Shown here: positions 20,668 through 33,257 of the stretch, in pieces | Layout: each line of letters starts with the position of its first letter | Numbering within the stretch: the first letter of the stretch is position 1 | Assembly: GCF_000143415.4 (NCBI RefSeq) | Contig: NW_003314267.1 | Location: 3,161,407-3,225,406 of the forward strand | DNA from: Selaginella moellendorffii | Lineage: Eukaryota; Plantae; Lycopodiophyta | Direction of reading: 5' to 3' | DNA: 64,000 nucleotides | The notes under the pieces: model-generated | Told to the model about the DNA's origin: nothing | The model's database searches: none | What the model saw: only the letters and a program-made list of their open reading frames with translations | Translations under genes and position numbers: made by a program

Positions 20668-22248
20668 ATGGAATGGAAGATCTACGAAGCACTGAGGTCT
20701 TGCAATAATCTCGCGGAGCTCCGAGAAGTCCACTCCAATCTCCCTGCTAAGAATCATCCTCCCAGGCAGGTCTCCAGCTTGCTAATTGAGCTCTATGGCA
20801 AGTATGGGAGCGTGATCGAGGCCCGCCAGGTTTATGAGCGCATCCAACGCCCAGATCTCTTCGCGCGGAGCGTGATGATGGTAGCCTATGGCCGGAATGG
20901 GTATCTAGAAGATGCCCAGCGCACATTCTGGGCCATGCCGGAGCACAACGTCGTGACGTGGACGTCCATGATTGGGCTATACGGGCGGGCCGGCCGCGTG
21001 GACGACGCTAAGTGGCTTTTTGACGCGATGCCCATGTGGAACGTGGTGAGCTGGAATGCCGTCGTGGCAGCATATGCCCAAAATGGGCATCTGTTCCAGT
21101 CGAGGAGGATGCTCGAGGAGATGCCCGAGCACGATGCCGTGTCTTGGAATATCCTCCTCTCGGGGCTGGCTAGGGTTTTGGATGTGGCGGGCGCCAAGGC
21201 GGTGTTCGATCGCCTCCCCGAGGTCACGATCGTGTCGTGCAACATCATGGTCGCGGCGTATTCATCGATCGGCTGCTGGAATCTGGCGGAGGAGCTGCTG
21301 GATCGAATGCCCGAGCAGAGCGTCGTGTCCTGGAACACGGCGCTGTCGATCTTGGCCCAGAACGGGCATCTCGGCCAGGCGAAGATCGTCTTTGACAGGA
21401 TGCCGGAGCGGAGCGTGTTCTCCTGGACGGCGATCATGACGGCGTATTCCAGTGCCGGGAAGATCGACGAGGCGAGGAGCTTGCTCGATCAGATGCCGGA
21501 GTGGAGCGTGGTGGCTTGGAATGCGATGATCGCGGTCTATGCCCGGTCCGGGCATATGGCTGCTGCCGAGAGCGTCTTTTCGGGATTGCCTGAGAAAGAT
21601 CTCGTCTCCTGGAACACGATTCTTGCCGGCTATGGCGAGAATGACTCGCTGGAGCATGCGAGGTATGTGTTTGATTTGATGAGCGAGAGGAATGCTGTGT
21701 CCTGGACGGCTGTGGTGGTAGCATATGCCCAGAAAGGGGAAATTGGAGAGGCCAAGAAGCTGTTCGCTATGATGCCTGGGCAGGAATTGGTAGCCTGGAA
21801 CGCGATTATCTGTGAGAGTGGGCGAAGCTCTAGGCACTGCCGGGATTCCATGGAGCTCTTCCACGAGATGGTGTTGCTGGGTGTGGATCCGGACGAGGTT
21901 TCTTTCACGGGAGTTCTAAACGCTTGCAGCCATGCCGGATACTTGGATCGCAGCTTGCACTATCTCTCGAGTATGTGGAGCGATCACGGCTTGACGCCCA
22001 TGAAGGAGCAGCTTTGCTGCTTGATAGATGTTCTTGGTCGAGCTGGGCGATTGAAGGAGGCCGAGGTGGCGACGAAGAAGATGAGCTTCAACGGTGTTTT
22101 GGAGTGGAAGGCGTTGCTAGCGGCGTGTAAGATCCATGGCGACGTCTCTCTTGCGGCTAATGCAGCCAAGCGTGTTCTTGGTTTGGATCCAGGGAATTGT
22201 GCTGCGTTCAAGCTGCTCCAAAACATTTATTCCGAGAAGATGGAGTGA
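20668..22248 (+). CDS. PLS-class PPR protein, SS-motif rich, truncated E domain
   Basis: First ATG at 20668. 31-aa repeats, CLIDVLGRAGRLKEA and WKALLAACKIHGD. Ends within E2, with no DYW domain. Confidence 0.93.
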   Translation: MEWKIYEALRSCNNLAELREVHSNLPAKNHPPRQVSSLLIELYGKYGSVIEARQVYERIQRPDLFARSVMMVAYGRNGYLEDAQRTFWAMPEHNVVTWTSMIGLYGRAGRVDDAKWLFDAMPMWNVVSWNAVVAAYAQNGHLFQSRRMLEEMPEHDAVSWNILLSGLARVLDVAGAKAVFDRLPEVTIVSCNIMVAAYSSIGCWNLAEELLDRMPEQSVVSWNTALSILAQNGHLGQAKIVFDRMPERSVFSWTAIMTAYSSAGKIDEARSLLDQMPEWSVVAWNAMIAVYARSGHMAAAESVFSGLPEKDLVSWNTILAGYGENDSLEHARYVFDLMSERNAVSWTAVVVAYAQKGEIGEAKKLFAMMPGQELVAWNAIICESGRSSRHCRDSMELFHEMVLLGVDPDEVSFTGVLNACSHAGYLDRSLHYLSSMWSDHGLTPMKEQLCCLIDVLGRAGRLKEAEVATKKMSFNGVLEWKALLAACKIHGDVSLAANAAKRVLGLDPGNCAAFKLLQNIYSEKME

Positions 22249-25200
22249 TTGCAAACAATGATATCATCTTCGTTGGCGACCACCTTCTAGCTTCACAGGC
22301 AAAGTGAATCAAATCAGGTTTCTCGTCAACTTGTCAAGATTTTGTTTTTGCAGGACTTCCTCGGTAGAAATCGCGAAGATCGTCCTGTCCACAGTGAAGG
22401 ATCTGAAAACTTCGAAGGATCCAGATTTCAAAAATTTCAGAACTTTGGAAAGCTCTTTACCTTTCTATTGGTACGTGTGCATTCTAAACTCTTTTTTCCT
22501 GGATGAAGTGATATCGTTTTTTGCAGCTGGTCCAGAAACCCCAGAACTATTAAGTGCGAGTTTCGGCAATGAGCCTCTACTTTGCTCCGGAATTTGGATC
22601 ACGCTGTACAGTATTCTGGTGTTATTGCTTGAAAAGGTTTACTTGAAGTTCCAGTTCACATCTCGAAAGGTAAATCTTTTTATTTTCTTTTCTCGTGTCT
22701 TGGTAAGGACGCTCGAACTGGTTGTTTGTACAGGTGCAGCATATAGACACGAGAATTGATTATTGTACCAATGCGAGCAGAAACAAATCCTCCAGGTTTG
22801 AAATTTCCACGGGCGTGCTGTTGTGCACATCTGATTTTATTTTTTTGTTGTTGTTTGTGGTCTTACTAATGGTATGCTACTGCTCTAGTAGCTGCTATCT
22901 GACGGTGCTACTGCACTTACTCAATGATCGCGTCATTCACAGCGTCGTCACTCACGGAAGTCAGTAAGTGTGCGTCTTTTGCTTCGTTCTGGTTATCAGG
23001 GTCCGTCGTTGCTCATTAGCAAATACCAATGGCTTACGCTACGTGTGCTTTAGGTATTTTCTCCTGTATTTGCTGATAACGACTTGGAAGACGACCTTTG
23101 CAACAAGGCGAGAGAGATGCTACAGGTACTTTCTCTCTTTTTTTTATCAAGAAGTATTGATGTATGGATCACTGTTTTGTCACAAAGAGCTCTTTGTGTT
23201 TTTGTGTCAGGGAGGCATTGAAGGTGTCCGTCCGTCCATGAAATCCAGCTGGTAAGATTCACAAGCAATCCTTTCTTTTTATGTGGCACCTAAAGCCAGG
23301 GCGTAGCATCTAGCACGATGAACTGTTACTGCTTGGATCATACTTTGAAACGGTTTTTTGTTTTCTTACCAGGGGCGGGCTTGTCGCGTGCTTTGCTTTC
23401 GCATTAAGGCGCAAAATCGGAAGACTAACAGCACAAGTGCTGAGCCGAGCAAGAACATAAGTAAGAGAGCGCTTGGGCTTGTAAGTATCAAGCACGCCAT
23501 CTCTTTTCCAGCGCTGATTCACGTGTTTTTCAGTGCCATCCATGCGAGAGGGCGGGGCTATTCTGGCTCGTTGACTTAAAAGCTAAGCTCAAAAGTGGAG
23601 CTTCACAGCAGGAGTGTGGGCATATTCTCGGGCAATCAATTTGGCGAAAGCAACAGAGAGGGTACATACAAAGCTCCCTCGTCTTTATTCAGGTGAGTAA
23701 TATTTTAGCTGGCATTCCCAAAGGGATGACTGGATGGTGATAGATATATTTCTTTTCTGTTTTTTTTTTTCCTTCTATGCTTTGCTGCATCATATCGAAA
23801 CTGCTTCTGAAATGCATCCCCAGTAGTGTCATGGAATCGTCTCTGCAAGCTACGTATCGAGAAATTGTTTAAAATGTGTCTAGAAGTCGTCTGGGCCGCT
23901 TGACCATGGAGTTACACCTTCTCGGTGTCATGAAATGGACAAGTGCGGGTTTAGAGTTCAGTCCCTCTTTCTTTCTCTCCCGCTTGTATGTATTTTATGC
24001 TCTTGTTTGCATTGTTTTCTGTTTTGTTTATCTTTCACTTTCTCGCCTGCTAACACATCTGCTGGTCCACAGATGGGAGCAAAACTCAAGGGGGGTGGGG
24101 TTGGAGATGGTGGGGATCGAAAGAAAAGGAAAAGAGGTGGCTCCATTTAGAACTTGGTGGCTACGGCCCCTGGCGCCTTCACTTAAAAGGGGTCGGTGTC
24201 TTTGAGCGCATATCACTGCTGACGCTGTAGCGAGCGTAGAAGAAGTACGTGGAGATCTATAGCCCAGATGCACAGCTCCAAAGTCGTGACCCACCACCAT
24301 CTTTTGAGAACGTCAGCCTCCCGCGCAAATGATTTTGACAAGCTTGGCGCAGCTGCTTTCAGGACCATCTGGTATTTATATTATCTTTTCTGCTACAAAC
24401 AATTGCTAATCATGATCTCTCTCCAGGGGTGGCTTGGGAGGGATTTGGAAAACTCTGGAGCTTTCTTGTAAGTTGGAGTGGGTTTTATCATTCGTGTCCT
24501 GTCTCTCGGCCCAGTCCAGGGGTTTTTCTTTCTTTCCTTCTTTCTTTTTGCGATGCTCAGATTTTGTTTGTTCCTGCGTGGTGTCGGTAGAATGGTGCCT
24601 TCGCAAAGTGGAGGTTGTATCACTTTCCTTGGGGTCTGGGGTCTGTCCTCCTCATATGCGTCCTTTTTATTTCACTTTCTTCTGTACTTCGAATCTTCTG
24701 CTACTCTTCTTCTCTCTTTGCCTTTGTTTATAGTCAATCCCAGAGTTTACTCCACCCCATTCGCCCCAGCTCAGAGGAGCAAAGAAACAACAGGCCAGGC
24801 TTGAACCAGCCCCATATGCTTTTCTTTATGGTGCCCATTAAATGGAATCGTCCCTTGTCTGATTGCTGGCCGGGGCTTAGTACAGATTCATTCACTCATG
24901 AAGTTTGCTTGTTTGTTTCCCGCAGACTCAAACTTGAGGGACTGAGACTTGCTTTGGCGCTTTTGTTTTACTACTGGTGCCGAGAGAGCTGAGTGGCCGC
25001 ACAAGCTGCCGATTGCTTTTCGTGTGGTGCCTGCGTCTGCGGTGTACATTCTCTTCCGGTACTCTTTACTTTACGACCAGCTAACCTCTCTCGTAACTTG
25101 TAAGAAGATGCTCCTGTGACCGACATGCCATCACCATCGCCACGATGTGTCCGTGTATCTGGCTGGCTACGATGCAGCATCGTAAGTTCCTAGGCAAAGA

Positions 25201-28194
25201 GAAAAGAGCAGGGAAAGAAAAGATAAACCAGTTTTCACTTGCTTCTCAGATTCTTTCCACTGTGATCCCGCAATTAACCACTGTTTCTTTCTTTCTCTCT
25301 TGTCTTTTCCAGGTCTTGCTGCTCGCTCCTGACGTCCCATATTCAATGACACCGAGACAAAGGCGAAAAAGGCATGTCACCCAGAGTTTGGATGGATTGG
25401 CCTTGGATCCATGTCACTCGAACTCAAAGACAGGGGCCGCTGCTGCTCAAAGACATTCAAACGATTTGTCGCGGGAGCCTTCATGGACCACAGCTGATTA
25501 TGGCCGGGCTGTTTTTCTGCAGAGGCAGGCAATTTGTGGAGTATCGGTTTATTCCTCGGCTTCCAATCTACATCCGGAAAGGCATGGCTGCAAGGCGGAA
25601 CTTAATACCCGCTGGACTGGCCCCTGCGCCTCGAGAGCGAGGCACCAATCAAGTTATCGCAATCCGGAGGCCGCATTCAATGGCCAAACTTACACAGCAA
25701 ACCAACTGGAAGACACAGCGACACACTCACCACTACTACTACTACTACCACTGCTGCTGCTTCACTTCGCATTCCCCGGCATTACTCGCGCGACCAGATT
25801 GCACCAGGTTACGCATTTACTGTTAACAACAGGTTCGTTTCTTTTCTTTTACCTTTTTCTGCATTGCATTCTTCTTCAGTCGGGAGTTTATCATTCGCCA
25901 ACTTCGTCAGTCAGTTCCTTACTCTTTTTTTTCCCCCCAGCTTTTATTTTGACGCAGCTCGCTCAATCTCCGGTTTGAGGCACAGAATCAGAACAACGAC
26001 AGACGGCTACAACATTATATATTTACTGCCCGCCGACGACCACACCACACTCGGCATTAGTTTTCTCTCCTAATCTTGCGGAGCTCCACAAGGAAAAGGG
26101 TCAAGTGCAATGGTTTTAGCGAGGTAAGCTCCCTCGTTTTCTTATAATACTTTGTGTTGTGTGTCTAAGGGCTAAACTTTGAGTTTCCAGACGAAGCAAC
26201 GCAAAAGCCCAACGCTTGACCCTTCGGGAGGGGCGGACGGGCACAGAAAAAGATTCTCACATCTCTGTAAGTTATTCCAATAATGCTCGGCGATGGACTT
26301 TGTACGTGACTCGAAGCATGTTGTGCAGTGCTTTTTCTTCTTTTTGCAGTGCTCCCCAACTTAAATATCTTTGCGAACGTTCAAAGCAACAAAGGAAAAG
26401 AATGGCGATTGGGAATTAAAAAAGAGGAAACTCTCCCGGGCGAGATGATATTTGGAAGGGCGGATCAACGCGAAAGTCTCTGGAAGAATAGTTGAAAAGG
26501 TGATATGTTCCTGTGCGAGGATTTGGGCTGTGTGCCAGCGCTGGCTCTGGATCCATGGTCACGCAAACCATCCAGATCGAATAAAAATTTTATTTTGTCC
26601 GAGAAAATCCGAGATTCCTTCCTGCTAACTTAATCCAGATCTCACATGCATGGACTAGTTTTTAAGATCGAGATTATCTGCTTCAGTCGTGCCAAACTCT
26701 TATTTTTATGCTTTCTTTCCAAAGGGTGACGCATGCATCAACCCATTGTTTGTTAGTTCGTTCGTCCCAGAAGCTTATTATTGTATTAGAATCATACGAG
26801 CGTCATAGTTTAGAATAGCGATAGAGGGACCCTTTTTTTCTTTGCTGCGCATCTTGCATAGTATCACACATATATTCAAATCTTGCTGGCTTGGCTGGCG
26901 CGATTACAAACAATATGGAATAAACTTTAGACACACGGTGTGTGATTCGATTCGGTATAGCAGTTGGTGTTCACTCATTTTTGGAATCGGCATCTGCCGC
27001 CGCTCGGCCAGACAGAGATTCCCTCCTAGGTCGTACAGCGGCGGGTGGCCACCCGCCACTGGCCCAAAGAAATGCCCGCGAAAAGAATATCCTCTGCGCT
27101 TGCTCCGTACCGTAGAAATTGTCACAGTGAAACTTCCGAGAAAACAATGTCAAACAAGAGATTTGATCTCGTGGGGGGAGCACATCAAGTAAGTTATTAA
27201 TCATGGGTGCATGCATGAACCTCTCCAAGCTCGCGTTTTCTAGGGTTTGTAGGAGATACGTATTATAGATGGGAACTTAAGTATGATTTGGCTCGGCTGG
27301 AACTAAATCAGACCCAGACAACCGAATCGATTGAAACTCTCAGTTTTGGACTAGGCCGTAGTTGTCTTGCCAAAATCTGTACAATTCAATGCGCATAGGA
27401 AGCATCTCTATAGTGTGTGAGGTTTTGGCTCACTCACAGATGCCTAGCTTAGGCATTTGGGTTACGTCACTCCAAATCTAGGTTAAAAGTCTACACTTCA
27501 CACACGCGAGATACTCTTTGGCCAATCAATCTGATCTGACCAAGTGCTTTGCTTCCTTGTCAACGGCCACTGGGACGGGGTAGGAATATGCTTGGCCAAT
27601 ATCGGCAATGATTCCCTTTGTGGTCGTAGTCGTCCCGGTCGTCGTTTTCAAGGCGATACGTATTTTCTACCTTTTTTTTTTCTTTCTCTACGTTTGCGTG
27701 AAAGCTTTGGATCATTGTCAAGTATGGACAAATGTAAATATGTGATGTGTGTGTCACACAGTTAGCCAGCAAACTGTTAAAGGCATTTTGATAACAAAAA
27801 ATCTGCCCTCTGGGCATTTATTTGTTTAAGGAATGGAGGTGAAAGGTATAGCCAGCCACCTTTGGAATCCAAAACACCAGGAGCTAGTTAAAAAAATGTC
27901 CAGTAAAACAATTTTTTAACCCTCACCCCCCAAGTGAATTCCTGCTTGGAAAGACACAAAAGCTTTGTCTTTGGCACTTAAAGTGTGACCCTCAAAAAAA
28001 AAAGGAAGGAAAATGCGACTTTTTTTTTTTCTCGCGCCACGAATATGCCAACGAGAAAGAATCCCCCCCTATATTTCATTCTTTTTGGCATTCATTGTTT
28101 CACGCCTCACGGAATCACTACCTTGTTAGACAGAGATACATACATAGATAGACAAGATGGATAGGGAAATGGGAAGCTTTATTCCCTCCTCCAC

Positions 28195-28221
28195 ACTACT
28201 ACTACTACTACTACTACTACT
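28195..28221 (+). repeat. (ACT)9 microsatellite
   Basis: Read directly from the sequence, upstream of the GRAS gene. A (GATT)n run lies at about 28424-28456. Confidence 0.9.
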
Positions 28222-29057
28222 CGCTCACTCCCATCACTCCACAGTCACTGTTTGTTTGGAGGAGCTCTTGGATGATTCTTCTTGTTGGTGTCCTACTCCC
28301 AATTCGTGAAACATTCCATCAGAGTTTGCTTATTCGTGAAAGCCAAGGTAGATCTTCTCTTCTTCTCTCTTCCTCGCTTCTTCGTTCTTCTCCTTCGTTT
28401 TGCTCCAAATTCCACAGGGTAGCGATTGATTGCTTGACTGATTGATTGATTGATTGGTTGAGTGATTGGTCACAGAACCAAGCAACCAAGGGGCCACTCC
28501 ACCAGCGATCTCCGACATCCCTTGCAAGCCAGGCTACTCGCGAACTTTCTCCTTCCACCAACACGAGAAGTTGGGAGAACGAACGCAGGAAAGAAAGAAA
28601 AAGAGAGAGCTCTTACTTGCATGAGTCGCGGAGCTGCGAATTCGATGCGATGCGGCGGGAATTGGGGAACGTTGGCAGCAGCAGTGTCACTCGAGTGACG
28701 GGATCGATCGACCGTCTCTTCGTCGTTGCGAAGATCAATCCCGACCAAAGGTGGTGTCCGAACGATGCCGTCGACGAGGATGAGCGAAACGAGAGAAGAA
28801 GAGCTGCCGCTACTGCCACGGTGGTGAGTAGCTATGATACCACTCTGCTTTCTAGGCTCCAGGCCCATCAATTCTCCTCGTCCTCCTCCTTTTCTTGCTC
28901 CTCCTCTAAGCATTAACTCGAGGCCTTCTGCTTCATCTTCTTCTTCGTCTTACGCTGGCTGCCCGCTGGCCATCATCACGAACTCTTAGTCGTCGTCACT
29001 GGCGTCATTGATCGAAGCAAAGTTTCTCGAGATCCCAAAGTTCCTGCGGCTGCTGGA

Positions 29058-30674
29058 ATGCAATATCTCCATCTCTTGTGCTACCAAGAGCCACCGTCGC
29101 AAAACAAGCAGCTCTGCCTTGTCTTCCATGAGATGCAACAGCAGCCACCATCGTCTCACCAGCATCACCACCAGGAGCAGCCGCAATTCCTCGGCCACAC
29201 AGGAGGAATAGGAACTGGAGCTGGAGCTGGGACTGGATTTGGATTCGGAGTAGGCGGAGCCGGGAGCGAGGGTAGCAGCGGCGGAGCTGGGACTCATCAC
29301 AACGACGGTGGCTTGCGGGAGTTGCTGGTCGAGTGTGCAGCATCGGTAACGTCCTCCGACTGGCACCGAGCTATCCGCTGCCTCGTCCACCTGAGCCGCG
29401 CGGCCTCCCCGCACGGCGACGCGGTCGAGCGCCTGGCCTTCTACTTCTCCGCTGCGCTCGCTCGATGCCTCTGCTCGCTGTCCACTCCCTGCGCCTCGGA
29501 AATCCGGTCGCTACTCCGCTTGAACAACCTCCACTTCCTGCTCGAGGAGGACCAGCCGCCGCCATCTTTCGAGGATGACTTGTTCTACTACTCGGGCGGA
29601 GCCGAGGAGGCCTATCTCGCTCTCAACCAGGTGACGCCTTTCATCCGCTTCTCACACCTCAGCGCCAATCAGGCCATCCTGGAAGCCGTCGACAACGAGC
29701 GAGCCGTCCACATTGTCGACCTCGGGATCATGCAGGGTCTCCAGTGGCCGCCGCTGATGCAAGCTCTGGTTGAGAGGCGGCGGCTCAAGCAGCTCGAGGA
29801 GGAAGGGCAGCAGCAGCAACAGCAACAGCCACCACCTTCGTCGCCAAGTTCGTTAGAGCACGAAGAGCAATCCTCCGAAGTTGGCCGTCAAGCTCACGGC
29901 GAGGAGCCACCCACGTTGTCGTCCTCGTCCTCGTCCTCGTCCACCACCTTGACGCTGAGAATCACCGGCACCGGTCCCTCGATCTCGCTCCTCGAGCAGA
30001 CTGGAGCCAGGCTGCGAGACTTCGCACGAACTCTCCATCTCGACTTCGAATTCGACGCGGTCTGTACCACCAGCCGCCACGTCGTGGCTTCGCTCCAGCA
30101 GCACCTCGAGCTCCGCCGCGGCGAGGCGCTCGTCGTCAATTGCATGACACAGCTGCACAAGCTGCTGCCGGCTGCGCACCGTGCGGCACTGCCCCACGCG
30201 CTAGAGTTTATGAGATCGCTGTGCCCCCGGATCCTGACGGTCGCGGAGAAGGAGTCGGAGCACGACCTGAGCCAGAGCTTCCTCGAGAGGTTCCTGGTGA
30301 CGCTGGACCACTACGTGGCTGTCTTCGACTCCCTGGAAGCTACACTGCCACCGCGAAGTCCCCAGCGGCTGATGATTGAGCGGCTTGTCCTGGCCAAAGA
30401 AATATCCGGCATTGTCCTCGAGGACGGAGGTGGCGACGACGAGAACTTGGCTGTGGTCCGGCACCAGAGCTTCGGCAATTGGAGACGAGACATGGAGGCT
30501 GCAGGGTTCCAACTTGTACCACCCAGCGATTTTGCGATTGCTCAGGCAAAGCTGCTACTCCGGTTGCACTATCCTGCTGACGGGTACCGGCTTCTGGTGG
30601 AGAACCAGCACGGCTCCCTGTTTCTAAGTTGGCACGACAAGCCCCTGGTTGCTCTCTCCACTTGGAGTTGCTGA
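29058..30674 (+). CDS. LAS: GRAS transcription regulator, LATERAL SUPPRESSOR/MOC1 (SCL18) subfamily
   Basis: SPHGDAVERLAFYF, AYLALNQVTPFIRFSHLSANQAILEA, VHIVDL..QWPPLMQAL, LRITGTG, and the LAS-diagnostic AQAKLLLRLHYP.DGY and SAW-type end. Intronless. Confidence 0.88.
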   Translation: MQYLHLLCYQEPPSQNKQLCLVFHEMQQQPPSSHQHHHQEQPQFLGHTGGIGTGAGAGTGFGFGVGGAGSEGSSGGAGTHHNDGGLRELLVECAASVTSSDWHRAIRCLVHLSRAASPHGDAVERLAFYFSAALARCLCSLSTPCASEIRSLLRLNNLHFLLEEDQPPPSFEDDLFYYSGGAEEAYLALNQVTPFIRFSHLSANQAILEAVDNERAVHIVDLGIMQGLQWPPLMQALVERRRLKQLEEEGQQQQQQQPPPSSPSSLEHEEQSSEVGRQAHGEEPPTLSSSSSSSSTTLTLRITGTGPSISLLEQTGARLRDFARTLHLDFEFDAVCTTSRHVVASLQQHLELRRGEALVVNCMTQLHKLLPAAHRAALPHALEFMRSLCPRILTVAEKESEHDLSQSFLERFLVTLDHYVAVFDSLEATLPPRSPQRLMIERLVLAKEISGIVLEDGGGDDENLAVVRHQSFGNWRRDMEAAGFQLVPPSDFAIAQAKLLLRLHYPADGYRLLVENQHGSLFLSWHDKPLVALSTWSC

Positions 30675-31062
30675 ATCACATCCGCTGCTCGTATTGAAGG
30701 CCTCGTTTCTGAGATCGTTACTAGTCTCACAAACGAAGAAGAGAACCTCCTCTTGCTTCCTCTTTTCCTGCTAATCCCCCAAAAATTATTTTTCTCCTGC
30801 TGATAACCAGTGAAGATTAACCGGCCAAACCCAGAACTTTGCAGGATGGAGTCATTTGCCTGTTGTTGATAGTGTCTTTCTTTAACGAAACCCCCCCATT
30901 TTGTCGTTGATTTGATGTAACTTTCAGTAAAAGCAAACTCTGCGCAAACCTTTGCAATCTAAGTCTGTAACGTACAATGCGGTGTCAAGGACTAGAAGTA
31001 TATCAAACGGAACTCACACCCTTGAGCGGCACAGCAAAAATTCCGGTCGCTTCTCCTTCCTA

Positions 31063-33163
<2,101 letters not shown>

Positions 33164-33257
33164 TTAGTTGCACTGCGATTGTACATCCGCCGTTAAAAGC
33201 CAATGGCTAGGATAGATGAGAATATCCTAAGAATCATTTTGAAATTTGAAATTTTTG

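Noticed and set aside
24400-24790. Possible miRNA hairpin
   Set aside because: Only about 9 contiguous complementary bases, with a loop of about 270 nt. No known mature miRNA recognised.
25145-25978. 277-aa ORF
   Set aside because: Runs through intron-like pyrimidine tracts and a microsatellite. No homologous motifs recognised.
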